From Lachnospiraceae bacterium UBA1760 (GTDB lineage: Bacteria; Bacillota; Clostridia; Lachnospirales; Lachnospiraceae), in NCBI GenBank assembly GCA_002314775.1, contig DCHE01000013.1, positions 5,500 to 69,499 on the forward strand: a stretch of 64,000 bases of DNA. Direction: 5' to 3'. Positions 17,735 through 26,611 of the stretch are shown here, one piece after another. Position numbers and translations under genes: made by a program. The notes below the pieces were generated by a model. The model saw only the letters and a list, made by a program, of their open reading frames with translations. It was not told the DNA's origin and ran no database searches. Positions within the stretch are counted from its first letter, which is position 1. Each line of letters starts with the position of its first letter.

Positions 17735-18014
17735 AATTAGGTAAATAAATACTAAAGGCTATGAAGGAGACAGCCTTAACAAGGACTGTACAGGGATAAG
17801 AGGTCAGGGACTGAGAGCCTCTTTGTGACACCGTTAAAAAGCTGAACACTCTGGAGCTTGCCATTCGAGGTGATATTACACATTAGGGTGGCACGTTAAT
17901 CTGCGTCAATGATAAAGAGTGGATTTGCATATTATGTGCATTTCAAATCGGGTGGTACCGCGAGATATATTTTGTATATTACGTCCCGAAGCATTTAAGC
18001 TTCGGGATTTTTTA
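17735..18014 (+). promoter_or_regulatory. T-box riboswitch leader (aspS-gatCAB)
   Basis: Stem I elements are present (AUGAAGG K-turn strand, AAGAGG bulge, CUGAGAG distal loop, 3' strand CUGGAGC). An F-box-like ACGUUAAUCUGCGUCA follows. The T-box core GGGTGGTACCGCG sits at 17950-17962. The terminator is cccgaagc/gcttcggg plus a T-run at 17985-18013. Confidence 0.85.
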
Positions 18015-18060
18015 TTTTCTTGAAGAAAGTGCAGAAAATTTATTATTAAGGAGTAAAGAG

Positions 18061-19812
18061 ATGAACGTTAAGAACATTTACAGAGACATGACAATTGAGA
18101 ATGTAAATGAATCCCTTGTTGGCAGCGAGATAAGACTTGCTGGATGGGTTGAGAACATTAGAGATCACGGCGGAGTATCATTTATCGACCTTCGTGATAT
18201 GTATGGAGTAATGCAGGTAGTGCTTAGAGATACAAGCTTACTTGATGGTATTACTCGTGAGATGAGTATTTCAGTTAAGGGTCTCGTTGAGCATAGAGAC
18301 GAGGAGACCTACAACTCAAAGATTCCTACAGGAACTATCGAGCTTGAGGCTCACACAATTGATATTCTTGGTAAGGTATATACACAGGTTCCATTTGAGA
18401 TTATGACCTCAAAGGAAGTTAGAGAGGATGTAAGACTTAAGTATCGTTACCTTGATCTTCGTAACCAGAAGGTAAAGGATAATATGATTTTCAGATCTAA
18501 GGTAATTAGCTTCCTCAGACAGAAGATGAGCGATATGGGATTTTTAGAGATTCAGACTCCAATCCTTTGCGCTTCATCACCAGAGGGAGCAAGAGATTAC
18601 ATTGTTCCTTCAAGAAGATTTAAGGGAAAGTTCTATGCACTTCCACAGGCACCACAGCAGTACAAGCAGCTTCTTATGGTTTCTGGCTTTGATAAGTATT
18701 TCCAGATTGCACCATGCTTCAGAGATGAGGATGCAAGAGCTGACCGTTCACCAGGAGAATTCTATCAGCTTGATTTCGAGATGAGCTTCGCTACTCAGGA
18801 GGATGTATTTGCAGTTGGTGAGGAGGTATTAACAGAGACATTTGCAAAGTTTGCACCAGCAGGCTATGAGGTGACAGAGGCACCTTATCCAATCATCAGC
18901 TACAAGCAGGCTATGCTTGAGTTTGGTTCAGATAAGCCAGACCTTAGAAACCCACTTAGAATAATTGATCTTTCAGAGTTCTTTGAGAGATGTACCTTTA
19001 AGCCTTTCCACGGAAAGACAGTTAGAGCTATCAACGCTCCAAAGAAGCTTTCAAAGGGTCAGCACGAGAAGATGCTCAAGTTTGCTCAGTCAATTGGTAT
19101 GGGCGGACTTGGTTACTTAGAGGTTCTTGAGGATGGTTCTTACAAGGGACCTATCGATAAGTTTATTCCAGATGATATGAAGGAAGAGCTTAAGACACTT
19201 GCTAATCTTAATGTTGGAGACACAATCTTCTTCATCGCAGACAGAGAGCAGCAGGCAGCAGTATTTGCTGGACAGATTAGAACTGAGCTTGGTAATAGAC
19301 TTGATTTAATTGAGAAAAATGCATACAGATTCTGCTATGTAAATGACTTCCCAATGTTCGAGCTTGATCCAGAGACCAAGAAGATTGGATTTACACACAA
19401 TCCATTCTCTATGCCACAGGGCGGTCTTAAGGCTCTTAATGAGAAGGACCCACTTGATATTCTTGCTTACCAGTATGATATCGTTTGTAACGGTGTTGAA
19501 CTTTCATCAGGTGCTGTTCGTAATCATGATATGGAGATTATGGAGAAGGCATTTGAGATTGCTGGATATTCTAAGGATATTCTTGAGGCTAAGTTTGGAG
19601 CACTTTACAGTGCATTCCAGTTCGGCGCACCACCACACGCTGGTATGGCACCTGGTGTAGACCGTATGATTATGCTTCTTAGAAATGAAGAAAATATTCG
19701 TGAGGTTATTCCATTCCCAATGAGCGGTTCTGGAGCAGACCTTATGTGTGGAGCACCAAATGAGGTTACAGAGATGCAGCTTCGTGAGGTTCATATAAAG
19801 GTTAGAGATTAA
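18061..19812 (+). CDS. aspS: Aspartyl-tRNA synthetase, bacterial type
   Basis: 583 aa. OB-fold N-terminus (IRLAGWVENIRDHGGVSFIDLRD) and class II motifs (FYALPQAPQQYKQLLM, FRDEDARADR, GAPPHAGMAPGVDR). Strong RBS aaggag. Confidence 0.95.
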   Translation: MNVKNIYRDMTIENVNESLVGSEIRLAGWVENIRDHGGVSFIDLRDMYGVMQVVLRDTSLLDGITREMSISVKGLVEHRDEETYNSKIPTGTIELEAHTIDILGKVYTQVPFEIMTSKEVREDVRLKYRYLDLRNQKVKDNMIFRSKVISFLRQKMSDMGFLEIQTPILCASSPEGARDYIVPSRRFKGKFYALPQAPQQYKQLLMVSGFDKYFQIAPCFRDEDARADRSPGEFYQLDFEMSFATQEDVFAVGEEVLTETFAKFAPAGYEVTEAPYPIISYKQAMLEFGSDKPDLRNPLRIIDLSEFFERCTFKPFHGKTVRAINAPKKLSKGQHEKMLKFAQSIGMGGLGYLEVLEDGSYKGPIDKFIPDDMKEELKTLANLNVGDTIFFIADREQQAAVFAGQIRTELGNRLDLIEKNAYRFCYVNDFPMFELDPETKKIGFTHNPFSMPQGGLKALNEKDPLDILAYQYDIVCNGVELSSGAVRNHDMEIMEKAFEIAGYSKDILEAKFGALYSAFQFGAPPHAGMAPGVDRMIMLLRNEENIREVIPFPMSGSGADLMCGAPNEVTEMQLREVHIKVRD

Positions 19813-19896
19813 TTTGGATAGTTAATACAAATACCTTATAAAAGCGAAAATTATTAATGGTTTGGTTGCTCGAACCAGAACAAGGAGGTATTAATA

Positions 19897-20184
19897 GTGG
19901 TTATTACAGATGAAACAATAGACTACGTAGGAATCCTTGCAAAGCTTGAGCTCTCTGATGAGGAGAAGGAGCAGGCGAAAAAGGATATGTCAAGCATGCT
20001 TGATTATGTCGGAAAGCTTAATGAGTTAGACACAAAGGATGTTGAGGCTATGAGCCATACATTTCCAGTTTCCAATGTGTTCAGAGAGGATGTTGTTACA
20101 AACTCTGATGATAGAGATAACATGGTTAAAAATGCTCCTGAAGAGAAGGACGGCTGCTATGTTGTACCGAAGACATTTGACTAA
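19897..20184 (+). CDS. gatC: Asp/Glu-tRNA amidotransferase subunit C
   Basis: 95 aa with a GTG start 8 nt after aaggagg. Typical GatC sequence: IDYVGILAKLELSDEEKEQ...MLDYVGKLNELDT. Confidence 0.9.
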   Translation: MVITDETIDYVGILAKLELSDEEKEQAKKDMSSMLDYVGKLNELDTKDVEAMSHTFPVSNVFREDVVTNSDDRDNMVKNAPEEKDGCYVVPKTFD

Positions 20185-20196
20185 GGAGGCAGAATA

Positions 20197-21660
20197 ATGG
20201 ATATAATGAAGTTGACTGCCACAGAGCTTGGCAAGAAGATTAAGGCAGGGGAAATCTCGGTGGTTGAGGCCACAGAGGCAACCTTTGCAGCTATAGAGAA
20301 GAACGAGAAAAGCATAAATGCTTTCGTAACAGTTCTTGACAAGGAGAAGGTTTTAGAGAAGGCAAAGCTTATCCAGGAGAAGATTGATAAGGGTGAGCTT
20401 ACAGGTCCTCTCGCAGGTGTTCCTGTCGCAATTAAGGATAATATGTGTACAGAGGGAATACTCACAACCTGTTCATCAAAGATTCTCTCAAACTTTGTTC
20501 CTACATTTACTGCTACAGCAGTTGAGAGACTTGAGGCAGCTGGAGCTGTCATTGTTGGAAAGACTAATATGGATGAGTTCGCTATGGGAAGTACTACTGA
20601 GACCTCCTACTACGGCGCAACAAAGAATCCATGGGATTTAAACAGAGTACCAGGTGGTTCATCAGGTGGTTCAGCAGCGGCTGTTGCAGCCTGCGAGGTT
20701 CCATATGCACTTGGTTCTGATACAGGTGGTTCAATCAGACAGCCAGCGGGCTTCTGTGGAATCACAGGAATTAAGCCAACCTACGGAAGAGTTTCACGTT
20801 ACGGACTCATTGCCTATGGTTCATCTCTTGATCAGATTGGACCTCTCGCGAAGGATGTTTCAGACTGTGCAGCAGTTCTCGAGGCAATCTGTGCAAATGA
20901 TAAGAAGGATTCAACCTCAGCAGACAGAGATGATATAGATTTCACAAGCGCACTTGTGGATGATGTTAAGGGAATGAAGGTTGGTGTTCCAAGAGATTAT
21001 TTCCTTGAGGGAATTGACCCTGAGGTTAAGGCAGCAGTTCTTGCGGCTGCAGAGACCTTAAAGAATAAGGGGGCAATCGTTGAGGAGTTTGACCTTGGAA
21101 TGGTTGAGTATGCAATCCCTGCATACTATGTAATTGCTTCAGCAGAGGCATCTTCAAATCTTGAGAGATTCGATGGAGTTAAGTACGGCTACAGAACAGC
21201 TGATTATACTGATCTCCACAATATGTATAAGAAGACACGTTCAGAGGGCTTTGGACCTGAGGTTAAGCGTAGAATTATGCTTGGTTCATTTGTTCTTTCA
21301 TCAGGTTACTATGATGCTTACTATGTAAAGGCCCTTAGAGTAAAGGCCCTTATCAAGAAGGCATTTGACAAGGCTTTTGAGAAGTACGATGTAATCCTTG
21401 GACCTGTTGCTCCGACAACAGCTCTTAAGTGCGGTGAGTCATTGTCAGACCCAATCAAGATGTATCTTGGTGATATTTATACTGTATCTGTAAATCTTGC
21501 TGGACTTCCAGGTATAACACTTCCATGTGGCTTTGACAAGGATGGCATGCCAATTGGACTTCAGATACTTGGACAGACCTTTGATGAGAAGAAGATTATA
21601 CAGGCTGCATATTCATTTGAGTGTACAAGGGATATGAAGCTTGCAGAACTTGGTGAATAA
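20197..21660 (+). CDS. gatA: Asp/Glu-tRNA amidotransferase subunit A
   Basis: Amidase signature GGSSGGSAAAVAA...GSDTGGSIRQPA. Preceded by GVPVAIKDN. Confidence 0.95.
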   Translation: MDIMKLTATELGKKIKAGEISVVEATEATFAAIEKNEKSINAFVTVLDKEKVLEKAKLIQEKIDKGELTGPLAGVPVAIKDNMCTEGILTTCSSKILSNFVPTFTATAVERLEAAGAVIVGKTNMDEFAMGSTTETSYYGATKNPWDLNRVPGGSSGGSAAAVAACEVPYALGSDTGGSIRQPAGFCGITGIKPTYGRVSRYGLIAYGSSLDQIGPLAKDVSDCAAVLEAICANDKKDSTSADRDDIDFTSALVDDVKGMKVGVPRDYFLEGIDPEVKAAVLAAAETLKNKGAIVEEFDLGMVEYAIPAYYVIASAEASSNLERFDGVKYGYRTADYTDLHNMYKKTRSEGFGPEVKRRIMLGSFVLSSGYYDAYYVKALRVKALIKKAFDKAFEKYDVILGPVAPTTALKCGESLSDPIKMYLGDIYTVSVNLAGLPGITLPCGFDKDGMPIGLQILGQTFDEKKIIQAAYSFECTRDMKLAELGE

Positions 21661-21674
21661 GGAGGACCGAAGCT

Positions 21675-23117
21675 ATGAGTAAGAATTATGAAGTTGTAAT
21701 CGGTCTTGAGGTTCATGTAGAGCTTAATACAAAGACAAAGATATTCTGCGGATGTTCAACTGAGTTTGGTGGAGCACCAAACACACATACCTGTCCAGTT
21801 TGTACAGGTATGCCGGGTTCACTCCCAGTTTTAAATAAGGGTGTTGTTGAGAAGGCTATTTCAGTAGGACTTGCAACAAACTGTAACATTACAAAGAATT
21901 GTAAATTTGACCGTAAGAATTATTTCTATCCAGATAACCCACAGAATTACCAGATTTCACAGCTTTATTACCCAATATGCCGTGATGGTAAGGTTGAGAT
22001 AGAGGTAAATGGCAACAAAAAGTTTGTAAGAATTCATGAGATTCATATGGAGGAGGATGCAGGAAAGCTTGTTCATGATACATGGACAGACAGCTCGCTT
22101 GTTGACTTCAATCGTTCAGGAGTTCCACTTATTGAGATTGTATCAGAGCCTGATATGAGATCAGCAGACGAGGTAATTGCTTATCTTGAGAAGCTTAGAG
22201 AGACAATTCAGTATTTAGGTGCATCTGACTGTAAGCTTAACGAGGGTTCGATGAGAGCTGATGTTAACCTTTCACTCAGAGAGGCAGGAACAGAGGAGTT
22301 CGGTACAAGAACTGAGACAAAGAACTTGAATTCCTTCAGAGCAATTGCAAGAGCAATTGAAAATGAAACCGCAAGACAGATTGATCTTCTTGAGGCTGGT
22401 GAGAAGGTTGTTCAGGAGACAAGAAGATGGGATGATACTAAGGAGTATTCTTATCCAATGCGTTCTAAGGAGGATGCACAGGATTACAGATATTTCCCAG
22501 ACCCAGACTTAGTTCCAATCATCATCTCTGATGAGTGGATTGAGGATATAAAGGCCAGACAGCCGGAGTTTAGAGCTGAGAAGAAGATTAGATATAAGGA
22601 AGAGTATGATATTCCTGATTATGATATCGACATCATCACAGCTTCTAAGAAGCTTGCTGATATTTTTGAGGAGACAATCAGCCTTGGTGCTGCTCCAAAG
22701 AAGGTATCTAACTGGCTTATGGTTGAAACCATGAGACTTATGAAGGAGACTGGAATAGACGCAGAGAAGCTTAAGTTCAGTGCGTCGAACCTTGCAAAGC
22801 TTATTAAGCTTGTTGAGGAAAAGACAATCAATGGATCTGTCGCAAAGGAAGTATTTGAGAAGATATTTGCTTCAGACATTGATCCTGAGATATATGTTGA
22901 GGAGAACGGCCTTAAGACTGTAAATGATTCAGGAGCACTCACAAAGGTTATTCTTGATCTGATTGCTCAGAATCCAAAGTCAGTAAGTGACTACCTCGGC
23001 GGAAAAGAAAAGGCTATGGGAGCTATTGTTGGACAGACTATGAAGGCGATGAAGGGAAAGGCTGACCCAGGCGAGGTTAATCGTATTGTTAAGGAGGAGC
23101 TTGAGAAGCTCAGATAG
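21675..23117 (+). CDS. gatB: Asp/Glu-tRNA amidotransferase subunit B
   Basis: YEVVIGLEVHVEL, CPVCTGMPGSLPVLN, NRSGVPLIEIVSEPD, plus a GatB/YqeY tail. Confidence 0.95.
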   Translation: MSKNYEVVIGLEVHVELNTKTKIFCGCSTEFGGAPNTHTCPVCTGMPGSLPVLNKGVVEKAISVGLATNCNITKNCKFDRKNYFYPDNPQNYQISQLYYPICRDGKVEIEVNGNKKFVRIHEIHMEEDAGKLVHDTWTDSSLVDFNRSGVPLIEIVSEPDMRSADEVIAYLEKLRETIQYLGASDCKLNEGSMRADVNLSLREAGTEEFGTRTETKNLNSFRAIARAIENETARQIDLLEAGEKVVQETRRWDDTKEYSYPMRSKEDAQDYRYFPDPDLVPIIISDEWIEDIKARQPEFRAEKKIRYKEEYDIPDYDIDIITASKKLADIFEETISLGAAPKKVSNWLMVETMRLMKETGIDAEKLKFSASNLAKLIKLVEEKTINGSVAKEVFEKIFASDIDPEIYVEENGLKTVNDSGALTKVILDLIAQNPKSVSDYLGGKEKAMGAIVGQTMKAMKGKADPGEVNRIVKEELEKLR

Positions 23118-23151
23118 TATTTATCATTTGTTTTGAAATAAGGAGGTAAAG

Positions 23152-24237
23152 ATGAGAACTTATTTAGTAACAGGCGGAGCCGGATTTATCGGTTCAAACT
23201 ACATTCATTACATGTTTAACAAGTATGACAATGAAATCAGAATTATCAATGTTGACAAGCTTACATACGCTGGTAACTTAGAGAATCTTACAGATATTGA
23301 GAATAGAGAAAATTATACATTTGTTAAAGCTGATATCTGTGACAAGGAAGCAATCGAGAAGATTTTTGCTGAAAATGATATCGACAGAGTAGTTCATTTT
23401 GCTGCTGAGTCACATGTAGACAGAAGTATCAAGAATCCAGAGGTATTTATTGAGACTAACGTACTTGGTACAGGCGTTATGCTTAATGCTGCTAAGGCAG
23501 CATGGGAACTTCCAGATGGAAGCTTCAAGGAGGGCAAGAAGTTCCTTCACGTTTCAACTGATGAGGTTTATGGATCACTTCCTGATGACGACAATGCATT
23601 CTTCTATGAGACATCACCAATTGACCCACACAGCCCATATTCAGCTTCAAAGGCATCATCTGACATGCTTGTAAAGGCTTATATTGACACATATCATTTC
23701 CCTGCAAATATTACAAACTGCAGCAATAACTATGGTCCTTATCAGTTCCCAGAGAAGCTTATTCCACTTATCATCAACAATGCTCTTCAGGGAAAGAAGC
23801 TTCCAGTTTATGGCGATGGAAAGAATGTTCGTGACTGGTTATACGTTATGGACCATGCTAAGGCAATTGATATGGTTCAGGAGATGGGCGTTCTCGGTGA
23901 GAGATATAACATTGGTGGACATAACGAGAAGCAGAACATCGAGATTATCACAATTATTCTTGAGACTCTTCAGGAGATGCTTCCAGAGGGAGACCCAAGA
24001 AAGGCACTTGTGTCTAAGGAGCTCATCACATATGTTGAGGATAGAAAGGGCCATGACAGAAGATATGCCATTGCTCCAGATAAGATTAAGGCTGATTTAG
24101 GCTGGTACCCAGAGACTATGTTCAAGGAAGGAATCAAGCTCACAATTGCATGGTTCTTTGAGCACGAAGAGTGGATGAAGCGTGTTACAAGCGGTGATTA
24201 TCAGAAGTATTATGAGGATATGTACAAGGGAAAATAA
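23152..24237 (+). CDS. rfbB: dTDP-glucose 4,6-dehydratase
   Basis: TGGAGFIGSN, HFAAESHVDRS, STDEVYG, YSASKASSD, VRDWLYV. Confidence 0.92.
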   Translation: MRTYLVTGGAGFIGSNYIHYMFNKYDNEIRIINVDKLTYAGNLENLTDIENRENYTFVKADICDKEAIEKIFAENDIDRVVHFAAESHVDRSIKNPEVFIETNVLGTGVMLNAAKAAWELPDGSFKEGKKFLHVSTDEVYGSLPDDDNAFFYETSPIDPHSPYSASKASSDMLVKAYIDTYHFPANITNCSNNYGPYQFPEKLIPLIINNALQGKKLPVYGDGKNVRDWLYVMDHAKAIDMVQEMGVLGERYNIGGHNEKQNIEIITIILETLQEMLPEGDPRKALVSKELITYVEDRKGHDRRYAIAPDKIKADLGWYPETMFKEGIKLTIAWFFEHEEWMKRVTSGDYQKYYEDMYKGK

Positions 24238-24264
24238 TCCTGGCATATCAAAGAGAAGTTAGTC

Positions 24265-25020
24265 ATGAAAAATGGTAAAGAGTATGTCAACTATCTTACA
24301 GTTGTTATGCCTGCCTACAACGAGGAAAGCATGATTAAGGATAATCTTTTGAAGGCGGCTTCGGAAATCAGTGAGTTCGCTGAGGATTATTACATCATCG
24401 CTGTGGACGATGGAAGCAGGGATAATACAAAGGCTGAGATGGAGAAGGCAGCAGATATTAACAATAGAATAAAGGTTATCTCATACTCAGAAAACAGAGG
24501 AAAGGGATACGCAGTTAGAAGAGGAATGGCAGCTTCAAGGGCTGAGTTTACTGCCTTTGTTGATTCGGATCTTGAACTTCCGCCGTCTCTTCTGAAAGGG
24601 TATTTAGAGGCAATTGAGGCTGAAAATGCTGATGTTTGCATTGGCTCCAAGCTCCATAAGGATTCGCATATTGAATATTCAATACTAAGAAAAATTATGA
24701 GCTATGGATACTATTTTATGTTAAAGCTACTCTTCAGGCTTAAGCTCAAGGATACCCAGACAGGTATTAAGCTATTTAGAACTGATTGTATTAAGACGGT
24801 TTTGACTAAGCTTAGGTCTGACAGATTCTCGTTTGATATTGAGATGCTGGCTGTTTTGGCTGAGTATGGATTTAAGATAATCGAACGTCCTGTTACTATG
24901 GTAAAGACCAGAGGTGAAGAAGGGGCAAAATCAAAGATATCCATTAAACAGGTCTTCAGAATGTTTGGAGACACTCTTGTAATAAAGAAAAGGATAAAGC
25001 AATTAAGAAAAACTAATTAA
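24265..25020 (+). CDS. Small soluble GT2 glycosyltransferase (polyprenol-phosphate sugar synthase-like, GacI/CsbB/DPM-like)
   Basis: LTVVMPAYNEE, IIAVDDGSRDNT, ENRGKGYAVRRG, FVDSDLE. No C-terminal TM segments. Confidence 0.75.
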   Translation: MKNGKEYVNYLTVVMPAYNEESMIKDNLLKAASEISEFAEDYYIIAVDDGSRDNTKAEMEKAADINNRIKVISYSENRGKGYAVRRGMAASRAEFTAFVDSDLELPPSLLKGYLEAIEAENADVCIGSKLHKDSHIEYSILRKIMSYGYYFMLKLLFRLKLKDTQTGIKLFRTDCIKTVLTKLRSDRFSFDIEMLAVLAEYGFKIIERPVTMVKTRGEEGAKSKISIKQVFRMFGDTLVIKKRIKQLRKTN

Positions 25021-25184
25021 TAAGACGTATTAATAAGACTTATTAATGAAAAATTAATAAATCTAACCATAAAATTGCTTGTACTAAAGGTATAATATGT
25101 TATAGTAATGTTTGAGACTTACTAATTAACGTATTTTATATGATTTTATTCCGCAGAATTCGGAAGAAAACAAAGGATGGGTAT

Positions 25185-26279
25185 ATGAAAGATAATAGAA
25201 GAAAGAAAAAAGGTATGCCAACAGATGCAAAGTTTGGTATAGCATTTGTTATTGAGTTAATACTTATCGGAGTACTTGTCATTTTCCTTGGAAAACAGTA
25301 TGTTCACGAGAAGTATGAAAAGGTTATTGTTAATGACCTTGAACCAGAAGAGCTTGAGATTAACGAAGGTGTCGATGAGGAAGAAATCAAAGGGTACACA
25401 ACAATTGCCCTCTTTGGTGTTGATACGAGAGGCGGCGATTTAGGTGCTGGAAGCCGTTCTGACTCGATAATCGTTGCAAGTATTAATAATGATACAAAGA
25501 AGGTTAAGCTTGTTTCAGTATACAGAGACACAATGCTTGAGGTTCAGAATGCAAAGAAAAGCACTGTAAAGTGTAATGCAGCATATGCATATGGTGGCCC
25601 AGAGATGGCTATTCAGACTCTTAATGCTAATCTTGATCTTAGTATTACAGAGTATATCACAGTTAACTGGGAAGGACTAACCAGAGCAATCGATGCAATG
25701 GGCGGTGTAACAGTTCATATTGAGGAGGAAGAGATTCCTAAGCTTAATCAGGCACTTGCTGAGCAGATAGCTACCAATGGTATTTCTTCTGATGGTGTAT
25801 ATCAGACAGGAGATGTAACTCTGAACGGAGCACAGGCTACAGCCTATGCCAGAATCAGAAAGCTTAGTGGTGGTGATATTGCGAGAACAGAGAGACAAAG
25901 AGAGATTCTTTCAGGACTTATTGCAAAGGCCAAGACGATGAATATGTCTCAGATTAATAGTGTTATAGATGAGATATTCCCATATGTGTCAACTAGTATC
26001 ACAGAGGACGAGATGATAAGTCTGGCTACTCATATTCTTTCTTATGAACTTGAAGGAACAATGGGATTTCCTGTGAAGTATGCATTCTATAGCTCAAATC
26101 CATCAAAGGGTGCTTGTATTGCAGCTCAGAATCTTGAGGACAACGTTATAGCACTTCATAAGTTTTTCTATAATAATGAGGAGTATACAGCTACTGACAA
26201 TGTTCAGAGAATCAGCCATATTCTTGAAAATGAAACAGGCGTAAAGAGCAAGGGCGAGGTTGAGGTGCCTTCTGAATAG
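25185..26279 (+). CDS. LytR-CpsA-Psr (LCP) family cell-wall glycopolymer ligase
   Basis: N-terminal basic tail plus a TM helix, then LCP blocks TIALFGVDTRG...RSDSIIVASIN...LVSVYRDT and RIRK...GDIARTERQREIL. Start at the internal ATG 25185. Confidence 0.85.
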   Translation: MKDNRRKKKGMPTDAKFGIAFVIELILIGVLVIFLGKQYVHEKYEKVIVNDLEPEELEINEGVDEEEIKGYTTIALFGVDTRGGDLGAGSRSDSIIVASINNDTKKVKLVSVYRDTMLEVQNAKKSTVKCNAAYAYGGPEMAIQTLNANLDLSITEYITVNWEGLTRAIDAMGGVTVHIEEEEIPKLNQALAEQIATNGISSDGVYQTGDVTLNGAQATAYARIRKLSGGDIARTERQREILSGLIAKAKTMNMSQINSVIDEIFPYVSTSITEDEMISLATHILSYELEGTMGFPVKYAFYSSNPSKGACIAAQNLEDNVIALHKFFYNNEEYTATDNVQRISHILENETGVKSKGEVEVPSE

Positions 26280-26345
26280 CAATATTTAGTACGGTAATGT
26301 ATATTTTAATAAAATTAAGTAAAAAAATAACAATTTAAAGTTTGA

Positions 26346-26380
26346 CAGGGCTTCATTAAGGTATGAAGCCCTGTTTTTGG
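26346..26380 (+). terminator. Intrinsic terminator after the LCP gene
   Basis: cagggcttcat/atgaagccctg 11-bp stem followed by tttttgg. Confidence 0.85.
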
Positions 26381-26546
26381 TTTAAAATGTAAAGATGATT
26401 GAATATGAATGCAAAAAGAACTATAAATACATAAAAATATGGTGCAATTAATGTATGGAATAGCAAAACAATCGCATTAAAAGACTGACAATAGTCTCAA
26501 AAATATCAAAAAGACAAATAGTCTGACATTTTGAAAAAGGGCAAGG

Positions 26547-26575
26547 TTTACAAAATAAATATTAAGGTGTATTAT
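26547..26575 (+). promoter_or_regulatory. Candidate sigma-A promoter of gltBD
   Basis: TTTACA, 17-nt spacer, TATTAT. Confidence 0.45.
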
Positions 26576-26611
26576 GCAAAAAAGAAAAAATCTAAAAGGA
26601 AGGAATTAAGC

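Noticed and set aside
17827-17829. GAC (Asp codon) as the specifier of the aspS T-box
   Set aside because: By register with the pheS leader in this window, GAC falls in the helical part of stem I. The triplet in the specifier register is AAC at 17845-17847. This remains to be confirmed with a covariance model.
17881-17905. Second T-box-like sequence TTAGGGTGGCACGTTAATCTGCG upstream of the real T-box in the aspS leader (a possible tandem T-box)
   Set aside because: It aligns with the pheS leader segment GGGAAACGGTTAACACGCGTCA. That is the conserved stem IIA/B-F-box region of a single leader. No second terminator or antiterminator follows it.
20181-20552. 123-aa antisense ORF within gatA, and similar antisense ORFs within gltB (29833-30261), pheT, the coiled-coil gene (8027-8377) and others
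   Set aside because: Each lies fully inside a well-supported conserved gene on the opposite strand. Such antisense frames are typical of genes with GNN-rich codon usage, and there is no independent evidence for them.
25016-25060. attaataagac direct repeat after the small GT2 gene as a possible mobile-element end or att site
   Set aside because: It is only two short AT-rich copies. There is no integrase or transposase, no inverted partner and no change in gene context, so it is probably spacer slippage.
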